Assembly (NCBI GenBank): GCA_964019335.1
Contig: OZ025720.1
Location: 419,989 to 483,988, forward strand
From: Diplonema japonicum
Lineage: Eukaryota > Protista > Euglenozoa: Diplonemea
Direction: 5' to 3'
DNA length: 64,000 nt
The position numbers were made by a program, and so were the translations under genes. Positions 32,801 through 43,175 of the stretch are shown piece after piece (the first letter of the stretch is position 1; each line of letters starts with the position of its first letter). The notes under the pieces are model-generated. The model was not told the origin of the DNA. It did not search any database and saw nothing but the letters and a program-made list of their open reading frames with translations.

Positions 32801-33093
32801 TCCTCCTGAAGCTTGTGCTCGCCTGATAGCAAGATGTAGCTGCTGAACTCATCCCAGTCCACGCTGCCGTTCGCATTGGCATCTACCCTTAAGAATAACT
32901 GCTGCAGCTCTCTCTCCGTCATCTGGTTGCAGAGTACCGGCGACACCGCCTTCACAAACTCTTGCTCTTCTAGCTCCCCACTCCCATCCTCATCCGTGAT
33001 CTCGAACACTCGCTTCAGCTTGGTGAGCTGCCCGAGGTCGATCTTGTGGTCCTTGTCATACCGGACACCTTCAGCTACCTCCTCATCGCCCAT
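29881..33093 (-). CDS. EF-hand + WD40 repeat protein (WDR49/WDR64/EFCAB8-like, probably ciliary)
   Basis: DEDGSGELEEQEF and DANANGSVDWDEFSSY EF-hands; WD repeats incl. LLWNPYISKPVYRLDGH, LSLDKAIKVWD, FNPLFTQVIS. Start set at MGDEEV. Confidence 0.85.
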   Translation of the reverse strand: MGDEEVAEGVRYDKDHKIDLGQLTKLKRVFEITDEDGSGELEEQEFVKAVSPVLCNQMTERELQQLFLRVDANANGSVDWDEFSSYILLSGEHKLQEDTMNGLYVKQTEHSKIPARAGAFRDPDHHVGYTTCLLCNKRNGKYYTCGRDGVVKAWSSVTQQLEQTVYQGGSWITDAVFLRNDTRLAICSMDKVVTVFDVTQNKGTIWKAFVGKKHAWGKEEKSIGEDNVRTTAHDMTKLISAGDTDLDTYTREVQKVASGGRERQYVEMSVLHELEDTPMCISDWGPYMCLGLKSGHLQLYDPTATMNGSPCLVPCEATFSLHTAPISKVKTAAYVDGVITAGWDKTIKIVSLERGKVTRVLGDSAQQKSIFSLDWSESHRLLASAAAERHILLWNPYISKPVYRLDGHHQPLANICFNPEQSQLISLSLDKAIKVWDLRTMRCLQTITNEEMNFKIEDTVTTLAYDATRSSIVCAASYPCSFRVKGTLTEFPTEPKYTGHHEPVVGCIFNPLFTQVISSDKSRVMVWDALTGRRLNAFYPHHNTGLNTDNQTVALNIDENGRRLILASHTGVTAFNYANGQVLKEFDVRTQSGEPIVHTRGKEIAAAAYVHDKEKYSKHILAGIGSLVLLWEDKPGNARNEKRVRYHTDISGLFESRKGDSTIAITCITLMTSGHSALGTDKSIVLLYNYHRNEVASHMIGDYTPGVNIEGVHYQQEREALLIAADNVIKVWSVRLKTVVFNLSHGKVYAGKVIPAVASSQGGKVVIAGDECGVLYVWEIDIKAYLVPECDQPAARTKNDSPTDVAATTGDATLKRVFRAHSNAVSTVFMTRVRDLHVVITSASDCQVKLFTLTGCCIGTFGCGPLWNIEDSSTWLRVTPATPFSFSGSDGSASGASLGWAVMLGKKKLEVNANVTEMLRRVLRKAQQKIVRGTMKSPNVRRVYKGKVAKPRVQMGKAMSCNTLIPLKVPITVSGTMTPSPPIPSKGSHRPQFKGRPAIEERSVEMNTQTVPSLPPLDLGRGARQIADRTNKHGSWSFPLRATAKLRCPDPMVVEAPKMKQLETLPLPVL

Positions 33094-33230
33094 CACCAAC
33101 CTGTGCAATGTTGATTCGAGACGAACAAGAAAAAACTATCAAATATTTTGCTTCAATGGTCCCCAACTTCAGGGGTTAAGTAGCTCTAGGAACTCTAATA
33201 CTTCTATACTTTTTAAATTCTGTACAGGAA

Positions 33231-33815
33231 CTACCCATCTCCCTCGTCAGAGCCTCTGTCCATATTGTCAAGTGACAGGTAGAAGCGCACTGTGTGGTAC
33301 TTGATCTGCCTGTGTGCCTCGAAGAACACAGCAACCAGCTCAGGGATGATGAACATAATGTGCACTATGGAGAGCGCTCGGTCATGAGAGTGGCGTGGGA
33401 GCCCTTTGTCAACAATGTAGAAAACAATGACGAGAGCAAGGTTCAGGACAGAGAAGGATATGAAGCCAATAAGATATTGCACAGACGACTTGAGGTTGCC
33501 CACGTACCCAAAGAGAAGGCGGCCTACCTCGAAGCATGTCCACATAATCAGCACAACAGCGTACCACATCTGATGCTTCCACTCGATCTCAAATTCCCTG
33601 CATTTAATGATGTATGACACCCATGCAATCACCATGAAGCAGATGGAGTACCATATGTTATAATATAGCAGCATCTGTAGGATGAGACTCTTACCGAACA
33701 CCTCTACGCGCTCCCCCCTCTCTTTCACTTCAAGCTTCTTCTGATCCTTCCATGGCTTACTACCATAGCTTCGGTACACCCCGCTTGGCGTCGCCCCTCT
33801 TCGCGTTGTGTCCAT
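33231..33815 (-). CDS. TMEM17: TMEM17/TMEM216-family transition-zone membrane protein
   Basis: SLILQMLLYYN, four hydrophobic helices, EVGRLLFGYVGNL motif. Confidence 0.75.
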   Translation of the reverse strand: MDTTRRGATPSGVYRSYGSKPWKDQKKLEVKERGERVEVFGKSLILQMLLYYNIWYSICFMVIAWVSYIIKCREFEIEWKHQMWYAVVLIMWTCFEVGRLLFGYVGNLKSSVQYLIGFISFSVLNLALVIVFYIVDKGLPRHSHDRALSIVHIMFIIPELVAVFFEAHRQIKYHTVRFYLSLDNMDRGSDEGDG

Positions 33816-33889
33816 GGACCTTGGTGGTGGCAATGCGGCAAAAGGTAAATACAAACTGCTTAACTAATACATCTACTCTAGAGAACTAC

Positions 33890-34228
33890 TCATGTCAGCA
33901 ACTTGTTGATGCTGTCGGTTGTCTGCTTGTCGTGTGCAGCACGCTGTCTAACTAAAACATCCCTCAACTCTTGGTCTAGCAGGTTCACTTTCTCATTCAC
34001 GCAGTCTTCATTGACCTTCCAGTAGTCCTTCAATCTCGTTAGATCTCTTGACTGGGCTTCTATTCTGCTCTTCTGTGCATTCAGCGTCAGACGTTGCGTG
34101 ATGTGCCTCGAGAGAAGCGCATGCGCTTTCCACTTCGTGAAGTACTCTGTAATCAGCTTCTTGAGCGTTGCCCGACCCAACGCTTCGCACCACTGCCGCC
34201 TCATTGCCAACCAGCCTAAGCCATACAT
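33890..34228 (-). CDS. Hypothetical short coiled-coil protein (5' end uncertain)
   Basis: The C-terminal part of ORF 33890-34333 is coiled-coil-like (LITEYFTKWK...RIEAQSRDLTRLKD). Confidence 0.4.
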   Translation of the reverse strand: MYGLGWLAMRRQWCEALGRATLKKLITEYFTKWKAHALLSRHITQRLTLNAQKSRIEAQSRDLTRLKDYWKVNEDCVNEKVNLLDQELRDVLVRQRAAHDKQTTDSINKLLT

Positions 34229-34832
34229 CCCTCCCGGGCCCTCCTGGTATGAAGTGCTTTCATTAGAATAACCGATGCACACTGTGCAAGCTATCAAAGT
34301 AACACTGCGACACCAAGCAGGCCGACCACCCAAGCAGGACAGAAGTCACTGGGTGTTCAAAAGGCCTGAGCTTTCCAAGAGTTTGAATTGCTGCGCTACA
34401 TCGACATGCTTGTGATTGAGTGTCGACGTCGGATACTACTCTGCAGGCCCCATGTGCTTGATGTGGTGTCTAGGTAGAAGAAGCGAAAGAAGTTGTTGGG
34501 GACTACTTACGTGTCCACTCCGGATTTGGTGGTCGACCGCAGCCGGAACGTCCGAAAGCTTCGGTGCACTCCCACACAAAACAACCCAACTATAATCTTT
34601 TAAGATGGGTCGAAGGCCTCTCCAGAGAACCACCCCGGCTGTTTTAGAAATCGAAATTACATTCTGCAAGAGCAATCACTTTCCGCCATTGCCTGTGATA
34701 TGATGGGTGTAGCATCTTAAGCATGAAAGTGAAGTTTCTAAGAAGGTTGTCTTTTTTAGCGGTTCAACTAACGCCGCTCACACTGCAAGGTATCTATACT
34801 TCTATATTAATACTACAATAACATGTGTCGCA

Positions 34833-35624
34833 CTACATCCCGTCACGGAAGGCGCTTGCTGGGATCACACCGTTAGCGTGGTTTTTGTCGCGGGCAGCAC
34901 TTTTCGTGCTGCTTTTCTTGTACAAGTCAGTGTTGTCACTTTTCATGAAAGCGGGCAGGCCATCAGTTGGCTGGGGACGTGCGAAGGAGGGAGGGGGCAA
35001 GTAAGTAGGGGCAGTAGTCGTGGAAGCGTAAATCGCTTCAGAGGGGCCCGCGAGGGAATGATAAGTTGGTCGAGATAATTGCATGTGTGGTTGGTTGTTC
35101 AGCGTCCCATCTTGGTGCTTAATAAACCTTTTCATAATATAGGCCCATGCCCTGACGCCAGAGTAAGCAAAGGAGAAAGAGGTCAGGATAAAAGATATGG
35201 TGAAAACTGTATCCGGGAAGCCGAAGTTGACCACAATGTCTGCCTCGACGATGAAGATGGGGAGGTCAGAGAAAAAGAAGTTGAGGATGAGGCCTTTGAC
35301 TCTCCTACTGATCACAGTTTGTTCTGTCCATCCCCGCAGCGACCACATGTAGACCACAGAGGTCACTGCTAGGTACACGAAGGTTCCCAAGCCTGTGAAG
35401 ATTCGGTACAAGGTCGCCCTTGCTGTCCCTACCCCATGGTCAGACATGAGCCATATCAAACACACCATGATGTTGATGAGACAGTGCAAAAAGTGCAGTA
35501 CCAAGAATGTCACAGTGACCATTTTCGTCCACTTCAACCTCTCCATATCAAGCCGTGTGACTCCCTCCTCATTATCATCGTTCCACCCTTCCTGCTCCAC
35601 CGCTATCTCGTCGCCATAGTTCAT
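34833..35624 (-). CDS. Hypothetical multi-pass membrane protein
   Basis: Start MNYGDE at 35624; four hydrophobic segments and a polar C-terminal tail. Confidence 0.7.
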   Translation of the reverse strand: MNYGDEIAVEQEGWNDDNEEGVTRLDMERLKWTKMVTVTFLVLHFLHCLINIMVCLIWLMSDHGVGTARATLYRIFTGLGTFVYLAVTSVVYMWSLRGWTEQTVISRRVKGLILNFFFSDLPIFIVEADIVVNFGFPDTVFTISFILTSFSFAYSGVRAWAYIMKRFIKHQDGTLNNQPHMQLSRPTYHSLAGPSEAIYASTTTAPTYLPPPSFARPQPTDGLPAFMKSDNTDLYKKSSTKSAARDKNHANGVIPASAFRDGM

Positions 35625-35713
35625 CACTTGGCATCCACCTGATAGCTTTTTGTGTCTTGTAAAAGAAACAATTAAATACAATATAAAACAGTACAATGCT
35701 CGTAACCTGAACG

Positions 35714-36325
35714 CTACTGCCATACCTCCGGAAGGCACTCTGGGAGGGCATCTAGAGGATCAAGGATAGTCGGTAATTGATTGAAGGAGTCGATCGAAGC
35801 CACAGAGGGTGATTCCGGTGGGTGAAAAGTCATGTTTTCGTAAGAAGCAACAGCCTGTTTTGCCGCTTCGAGGTTGCACAGTGCCGAGTAGAGGGTTGAG
35901 GTGACGTTCTGGCTCAGTTGGGGTGTTTCTTCTTCTTCTTCCGGTTGTAGAGTTGCATGGGTAGGCACTGGAGACTCAAAAGAGATGCCCGCAAGTTCAT
36001 AAGCGTGCTTCAGCATGGCTTGTCCCTCTACCTCTAATTGATAGTCCTGCAACGCGTCTAGCTTTTTCCTTTCGCGTTCATTCACCGTACTCTGCAAGGA
36101 CATCACTCTGGAACACGCTTTATGAGCTTCCTCTCTGCTTATCCTGGCAGCCTCAATCACAACTTCTTCTTCGGCGAGCACCTGTAACCTCAACGCTTCG
36201 TTCCGCCGGATGTCTTCTTGTGCCCTTGAAATCTCTTCCTCCAGTTGCTTTCTATATAGCTTTCCCTCCTCAAAAGCCTGCCTCAGTGGCCACTTCCTGC
36301 CACGCTGATACGTTCCGGAATACAT
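35714..36325 (-). CDS. Hypothetical coiled-coil protein
   Basis: E/R/A-rich helical ORF from MYSGTY on the cluster strand. Confidence 0.65.
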   Translation of the reverse strand: MYSGTYQRGRKWPLRQAFEEGKLYRKQLEEEISRAQEDIRRNEALRLQVLAEEEVVIEAARISREEAHKACSRVMSLQSTVNERERKKLDALQDYQLEVEGQAMLKHAYELAGISFESPVPTHATLQPEEEEETPQLSQNVTSTLYSALCNLEAAKQAVASYENMTFHPPESPSVASIDSFNQLPTILDPLDALPECLPEVWQ

Positions 36326-37391
36326 GTTCCTGAAGTATACTGACATATAAAACAAAATAACAGAGGTGGTAGGAAGAAGTAAATGATACTTTTAATTGAA
36401 TGGAACTAAACGATCAATCAAGTACACCACCCACTTTTTGCCATGTGGCTGATAGATCAGGGCCCTGCAGGGCAAGATTCTTCGACACTTTCCAGCTTTT
36501 TTTTCGTTCTTTCTTTCGTTGTGTGCGGTAAAGGTCTAGTCTAAATGATCTGAAGTGCCGGGTACGGGTTATACTTTAGGTGCAAAGGGCATCGCTAACA
36601 GTTGACCACGGCCGAAGGCGATGGATTGCCTTGTCACCTGACACAGTCCTCTGTTGCGAAAGGAGGTGGAGGTGAAGGTAGAGGCAAGCGGTGTTTGACA
36701 AGTGCTTGTGACGTCCAGAATCATCGGGCTGGTCGATCGCAAGTCTTGTGCTTGTTTATCACTCTGGCGACAAAAGCTTGATGAGCAGTGCCTGTATGGC
36801 AGGACCAGGCTCCTGATCGCCAGTAGTACTACCGGACCCTTTAGATAACTAATGATCACTGGGGTGGTGGGGTGGACAACGGAACGAAGACTGAACATCC
36901 CGAAAAAGGGAGAAGAGAACAAAAAACGAAAGAGAAAGGGGGGGGGGGGGGGGAGGAAAAGGGTGCAAGAGAAATAAATAATGAAAGAAAGAAGGGTAAA
37001 AAAAAAAAAAGAAACGGAAAGGGGAAACTACATGTGTAGTAGAAAGCCTTTTTCAGCTATTGACATCTATTGGTCAAAAAAGATTTTCTTGCATTACAGA
37101 ACGGTTCTTTCACAGCTTTAGTTACTGCCACGTGTCCCGTACTACTGAACGTAGGTTTGTATGCCGTCTCGAGAGCCAGAGCATTCCAGGGAGCTAATCC
37201 TTGGCATGCTCGTGAAGCACTACAACACCATCAGGCGTAAGACAAGCATCCGACGGGACTGTCGACAACTAGAGATGCCACCGTGCAGCATCTATGCATA
37301 GTGAGTGTAAAGCACCATGAAGGTGCAAAGCCACACAATGAGCGATAGGAGCGCTCCCTTTGATCCTTACCACAAAGCCACGCGACACTCG

Positions 37392-38276
37392 CTATCTCCC
37401 GTACGTTACCGTGCAGCTGAAACACGCACGCCGAGTGCCATCTTCCCAAATACAATGGCTGCACGCCCAAGACCGACATCTGCTGCAGGAGACTGTGCAT
37501 GAAGGACAGGTCCTGCGATGCTGCATCGAATGCCCACAAGGGTGCGTGCTCCAGTATTGCGGACCCTTAGAATCTCGTATGACACCCTTCAGACGAAAGG
37601 ACGATAGGGGACATTTGTCTTCGCGCAGGGTTGCACACCACGGACAGGATTGCCACTCGGCATTGAGCCTCCCGTGGCAGGACTCGCACTTGTTCGATGG
37701 GAAGGTCTTCACTAGCGACGCCGAAGGCATTGTTTGCAGCCCAGCACACCTCCTACACGTTGTCAGCAGGCAGGAGTCGCAGACCAACGCTGCTTGCCAA
37801 CCAACTTCTGCACTGCAATCATCACATCGCACTCTTAGATTCTCTACTGTTAGTTTCAATGTAATACATGTCAATCTTGTGTTGAAGAGTTCTCTAATAG
37901 GCCAAAGAAAGGAGAGGATGTACCCCAACACGTCACCCGACAACTGGAACAACGGTACGATGGAGGTGCATTCTGAGGCTGTCGAAGAGATTGCTGTTGA
38001 GACGATTTGACTCCACGTCGTTCTGTTGCTGTCTCTGCTTGTAGGCCTTGCTGTGTTCCATGCCTTGGCCTTGTTAGGTGAATTTGTGTACGAGGTTATG
38101 CTACCTACTTCGGTGAGCGTCGTAGGTGCCGGTGGTGTCATGGTGGCTGCACTAGGTCCAGATACCTCCATTAACAACTTGTTGAGTTGCTCAATACTCG
38201 GTTCACCTGACCATCCGTAATTACCTGTGTCATCTAGATCGTCGGAAGGCATTTGCTGCCCAAGCACCGCTGCCAT
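37392..38276 (-). CDS. F-box-like + Cys-rich (multiple CxxC) protein
   Basis: LFQLSGDVLGYILSFL...LFNTRLTC (F-box-like), followed by many CxxC pairs. Confidence 0.7.
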   Translation of the reverse strand: MAAVLGQQMPSDDLDDTGNYGWSGEPSIEQLNKLLMEVSGPSAATMTPPAPTTLTEVGSITSYTNSPNKAKAWNTARPTSRDSNRTTWSQIVSTAISSTASECTSIVPLFQLSGDVLGYILSFLWPIRELFNTRLTCITLKLTVENLRVRCDDCSAEVGWQAALVCDSCLLTTCRRCAGLQTMPSASLVKTFPSNKCESCHGRLNAEWQSCPWCATLREDKCPLSSFRLKGVIRDSKGPQYWSTHPCGHSMQHRRTCPSCTVSCSRCRSWACSHCIWEDGTRRACFSCTVTYGR

Positions 38277-38494
38277 CTAAACTCTGTGGTGTTTTGACAG
38301 TAGGTTATGTTAAATATGAATGAAAGGGGGGGAAAGGGGGTGGGTGAACTGAGAAACGTATGGATACTAACGATTAACAGCGCAAGGGGGAGATACAGAG
38401 AACAAGCCGTGCGGTGTTCGGTAAATGCTACCGAACACAATGGCCATTTTACAGATTGGCGGTGCCATCTGTGGAACACTAGTTGGGCAGCTAA

Positions 38495-39424
38495 CTACTC
38501 GTTTTTCAGCTTGATAAGGTACGACCCCCCATTCGACTGCTCGGTGAAGTCCAAATTCTTCTCCTTCATAAGCTCCACTAAAGCCGGGTTCAACTTGGGG
38601 CCGTCATTTCCGCTGTGCTGCCCGATTCCAGGAATGATCTCAAGAGTGGAGCATCCCTTTTCAATGCATGCTACAATCCTCTCTTCCGCGAACTTCATTG
38701 CTGGCTTGACCTGCTGCCCGTGAAGGTCGAGGATGTTGAATTCGTTGTCACGGTTCTTGAAGTCCAGAATGGCTTTAGCAGCGGTGTCGCGAGCTTCCTC
38801 CATGAGCTTTCCCTCTTCCTGTGCCTTGGCAACAAGTTCCTTGTTCTTCTCCATGTCACCACTCTCACGGGCGGCATCAGCCTCTTGGAAGTACTTGCTC
38901 CTGTTCTTTGCATGCTCATCAACTTGTGGCATGTACTGCTTCCAGATCTCGTCGGTCTCAGCCGTTTCCTTCTCTAAATCCCTTTCTTTTGTCTCCTCTT
39001 TCGGCTTGTCGTCCTCTTCGGGCATCGTTGCAACAGCCTCTTGCAGCTTACCTGTCCTCAACCCCTTCAGCAGGGCAGCCCCAGCACCTGACATCCTGGT
39101 CTTAGGTTTCGCTGCTGCGGCAGGCTTTTCAGTTTTATCCTCCTCTTCCTTAGGTGTGTCCTCCTTCGGTTTCTCCTCTTCCTTAGGTGTGTCCTCCTTC
39201 GGTTTCTCTTCTTCCTTAGGCGTGTCCTCCTTCGGTTTTTCTTCTTCCTTAGGCTTCTCCTCTTTAGCTTTGTCTTCTTCGGGCTTGGGTGTCTCCTTCT
39301 TTTCTTCTTCCTTGGGCTTATCTCCCTGCTTCACATCTGGCTTCTCTTCCTTAGGCTTTTCTTGCACCTTCTGTTTTGTCTGGGACTTGCCTTGAGGCTG
39401 ATCCTTGCTAGCTGTGCAACCCAT
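38495..39424 (-). CDS. Smr domain protein with DUF1771-like region, MGC dual-acylation N-terminus and KEEEKPKEDTP repeats
   Basis: LDLHGQQVKPA, IIPGIGQHS, GPKLNPALVEL, NGG (Smr); YFQEADAARESGD (DUF1771-like); 33-bp tandem repeat ~39140-39255; start MGCTASK at 39424. Confidence 0.85.
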   Translation of the reverse strand: MGCTASKDQPQGKSQTKQKVQEKPKEEKPDVKQGDKPKEEEKKETPKPEEDKAKEEKPKEEEKPKEDTPKEEEKPKEDTPKEEEKPKEDTPKEEEDKTEKPAAAAKPKTRMSGAGAALLKGLRTGKLQEAVATMPEEDDKPKEETKERDLEKETAETDEIWKQYMPQVDEHAKNRSKYFQEADAARESGDMEKNKELVAKAQEEGKLMEEARDTAAKAILDFKNRDNEFNILDLHGQQVKPAMKFAEERIVACIEKGCSTLEIIPGIGQHSGNDGPKLNPALVELMKEKNLDFTEQSNGGSYLIKLKNE

Positions 39425-39658
39425 TTGATGTTTACTTAGACTGTGGTGATTAGACATGTTTTGAGAATAGCATTCAGGAAGAGCAAGCATTAAAACTGAA
39501 GTAGGCCTAAATAATACAACCAGAAATACCTTTATCTGAACACCTTGTAAGTCCGGGACGTCGTCCCCTGACATGAACGTTGGGGGCACAAGCAGTTTTA
39601 CGTCTTGCTCAGGACTAATCGATATACATAGTATTTCATTTATGTATATCATTCACAC

Positions 39659-40100
39659 CAGTGTTGGGTCATTCCCTCGAGGGAACTCGAGGGAATCCGG
39701 AGGAGCAGAGGGAAGGGAACGATTCCTTCAAGGGAATTTGGAGAACGAGGGGGAACAAGATTTTCCATAGTACTAAGGCAGAAATATTTGCCAGGCTTGC
39801 ATTTTTTTGGTATGTTTTTCGAATTTTAACCCTTAAACGTCCAGGACCAATTTTTTTTTCTACATTTCTGCCTATTCTAGGCCCTAATAGAGCCTGATAG
39901 TGAAAGTGGGATACCAATTTATTAAGGGGCATTTTTGGGTAAAAAATGGCAAAATCAGCCTTGGTAAGAGCTCTATGGAGGGGGAAAAATTTTTTTTTGA
40001 AAAAAATATTTAAAAATCCAATTTTTCCCCAAAATGGCCTTCCCTTAGGGTTTTTTTGACATTTTTGACTTCTAAAAATCCTTAAGGAAATGGCTAAAAC
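39659..40100. mobile_element. Orphan end of a CAGTGTTG-terminated TIR element with gagggaa subterminal repeats
   Basis: Same terminus type as elements at 41706, 41917, 50267 and 53285. No partner end was identified. Confidence 0.4.
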
Positions 40101-40169
40101 ACAAAGAAAAGAGAAAAAAGGGGGAAGAGAAAAAAGTCGATGCCACATGCAAACTCCGCACGAGATTGT

Positions 40170-41622
40170 TTAAGCATCAGCCTTGGGTAACCACCCATGA
40201 GCCACCATTGCTGCCATTGTCTCCTCCTCCGTCTTTCCCTGAAGCAAGTGACGCACATATGCCATGTGGTGCAGACGGTAGGTTCCTGCATGCTCTCTAA
40301 AAATGTCCAGTGACCTGTTTTTGACATTATAAATGATGTCCCTTTGCGCTGGATTAAAGTCGATTTGTCCTTGAGGTCCAGCTTCAGCTACTTTTTTGCA
40401 CAGGTCTTGTTCAGAGTCTTCAGGGATAACTCTCCTGTGAAAGTCAACAGTGTCAATATAGTTGATAGCCATCTCTGTCGTATTAAAGTCTCTTTTTTTG
40501 GTCCATCATACTTTTGGTAAACCCCTTCTGGAACTCTGCAGGGTCCTTAACTCTGGTCACTGTGAGCAGCAGTTGTTGGTGTTTGTTATCACGTTTACAT
40601 ACAAGGTCTCAGGAAGTCCTGCTTCAGCCCACGCATGTTCCCTCTGAAGCGCGAGTAGTACTCCCCAGGTGTTCCTTGTACTTCGCATTGCCCCCAAGCC
40701 TCTCCTTGAACAGTTTGGTATCGGGATCGCAGTCAAAGGTCTTCACAAGTCGTCGTAGTTCATGCGGTCAAGATACCAGTTGTTGCACGTTTGATGGACC
40801 TTCGGAATTAAGGTACCGAGCTGCAAAATATTAACAAGTAAATTAGAAGGGCATACTGTAGGGTTGGAGGTCTCGATGACTACAGGGATGTTACTACCTG
40901 GGTGGTCGTAGGTCACCCTACATGCGCTGGTAGCAGCGACACCAGCAATCGTCTTTAAGCTTTGCATTTCATTCACACCTCCTTTTGCTGACAGGGACCA
41001 GTAAATGACGAGGGGTTGCCCACTTCCAAACAGCTTCGAGCGGGACATCCAGTCTGCATACATTAGGAGGGAATCTGCATTATCCTTGTGCAGAGATGGA
41101 AAAGAGGGTCGAAACTTCTCATTGATAAGTGCTTCAAGGTTCGCTGTCCTATCCTTTTCCTCTAAGGTCCAAGCACAATACCCCTCCTGTAGCACCGAAT
41201 GCATGTTCGATTGTGCTTGTCTTCCCAGCAGCCTTTGGACCCCCAAGGACAACAAAAGCGTTTCTGGTTTCACTTTTAAACTCCTTGCGGTACTGCTTTA
41301 GCTCGTTACTCAAGGCAACAACATCATCACGAAAGTACCCAAATTGCGGCTGCTGAAGCTTCTTGTCGTTCACCATGAGGTAGACTTCACGGAACTTGTC
41401 ACATTTGTATGCTACATAAGAGATCAGAGATGTACCCATAGCAGTTCCAACCAACTTCACTACACTGGGCAGATCATCCCACCACCCTCTCCATCCCGTA
41501 TTTGAACCACCCAGGCCTTTCCCTTCCGAGTCATGGTTATCTTTCTTGACACCCAGACTCACACAGGTACGTCTTGAAAGCCGTGGCCAGGGACGAGAGT
41601 GTGCTGTGCTGATTCTCCTCAC
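40170..41622 (-). pseudogene. Frameshifted P-loop NTPase pseudogene (presequence-like N-terminus, TM, Walker A)
   Basis: GPKAAGKT Walker A. Coding signal switches frame near 41160 and 40745. The start is GTG rather than ATG. Possible intron 40821-40856. Confidence 0.6.
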
Positions 41623-42129
41623 CTTTGAAGGATTGTAAGTAAAAAAGAAGACAAAATACTATGCCAACCTATCAGTAATTTTTGGGAACTTTTTTTGGAC
41701 CCTGGCAGTGTTGTTATGAGAATGCCCCGAGATTTTCGGGGGGGCACAGGGGGCAAATCCAGGGGGTGGGGGGGCAGGGGGGGCAAAAAAAAGTTTTTTT
41801 TTATAGTGTCCAAAAAAAATTTTTTTCCACCCAAAAAAAGTTGTCAAAGACACCCAAAAATTGATTTTTTTTTTTCCAAAAAAAAGATTTTTTTTCTCAA
41901 AAGTACCTATCCTAGGCAGTGTTGGTCAGTCCCGTCCCGTCCCCTAAAACGGAATACGGGCCTCGACGGGACTCACGGGACTCTCCCCAACACCTGTCAT
42001 TATTTTTGATAGTTTTGCAACTTTTTTTTTTTCTTTTTTTTTCCCTTTGGAAAAAAAAAAAAAAAAAAAATGGGGAAAAAAAAAAGAGAAAAAAATCCTT
42101 GATTTTTTTTGACATACATGATGTGTTTA

Positions 42130-42170
<41 letters not shown>

Positions 42171-42550
42171 CTTTCCATCTTTTTTTCTTGTCTTCTCACA
42201 TTTTTTCGCACACCTAAGCCAAGCTGTTGTTTCTGCTTTCCACATCAAATGTTGTATTTGGATGTAATAGAAAAGGGGGGAAATAATAAATAATATGTAT
42301 AAGAGGAGGGTGTGTATGTTTATACAACCTGTGTAAACAGATCGGTTCCTTGCTTTCAGTGCCGTGCCCCTAATGCATGGATGTACAGCTCAACCCCTGC
42401 ATCGCACTGCCTGTTTGTTGCACATATTTTCATGTTATCCCCCCCCACCTGAAAATAATATATAGAAGATAAATATATGAGTTAAAGGAGGCTGGTGTTG
42501 GCAGCACCCTGCACAAGAACTGTCTACTTGATTACAGGGGGTGCACCACA

Positions 42551-42845
42551 GCCGAGTTGTAGCTTCTTCTGTGTTCTGCATCGTTTCCTTAATCACCGTG
42601 GCCGGGATGTAGCTTCTTCTGCGTTCCACATTGTGCCCTTAATCACTGCAGCCAGGTTGTAACTTCTTGCATTCCGTGTCATTTCCTTAACCACCACGGC
42701 CGGGTTGTAGCTTCTTCTGTGTTCTGCATTGTGTCCTTAATCACCGCGGCCGAGTTGTAGCTTTTGTGTTCCGCATCATTTCCTTAATCACGATGGCCGG
42801 ACGGCCGGTTGTAGCTTCTTCTGCGTTCTGTGTCGTGTCCTTAAT
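42551..42845. repeat. Tandem ~50-bp minisatellite, about 6 copies, within repeat family R
   Basis: Unit gccgagttgtagcttcttctgtgttctgcatcgtttccttaatcaccgtg starting at 42551, 42601, 42651, 42699, 42749 and ~42800. Confidence 0.9.
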
Positions 42846-42997
42846 GTGTGTGGTGTTCAGCTCAACCCCAGCCAGGGCGCCCCAGGTAACCAAGATTCTG
42901 CACTTGTGCGGTTTGCTCAGTGATGACAGATGAGGAGGTCAACAGTGAACAACACATCTGATGTTATCCCCACCACCTGAAAAAGAAGATAAAAGTT

Positions 42998-43038
<41 letters not shown>

Positions 43039-43175
43039 AACAGTCAGCACCCCCATGCACACTGAAATTTTATTTGTTTTAACAATATTATTGTCGAGAC
43101 TAAAAACTAGTTGATGGCAGCGTCGATGAGCTATTTTATTAGGTAAAATTCCGCTCGTGTGCACAAACAAAGAAA

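Noticed and set aside
36569-36922. 117-aa minus ORF
   Set aside because: No motif or clear coding bias; it cannot be supported as a gene without expression data.
42551-42845. CRISPR-like appearance of regularly spaced repeats
   Set aside because: The units are contiguous with no unique spacers, there are no cas genes, and the context is eukaryotic.
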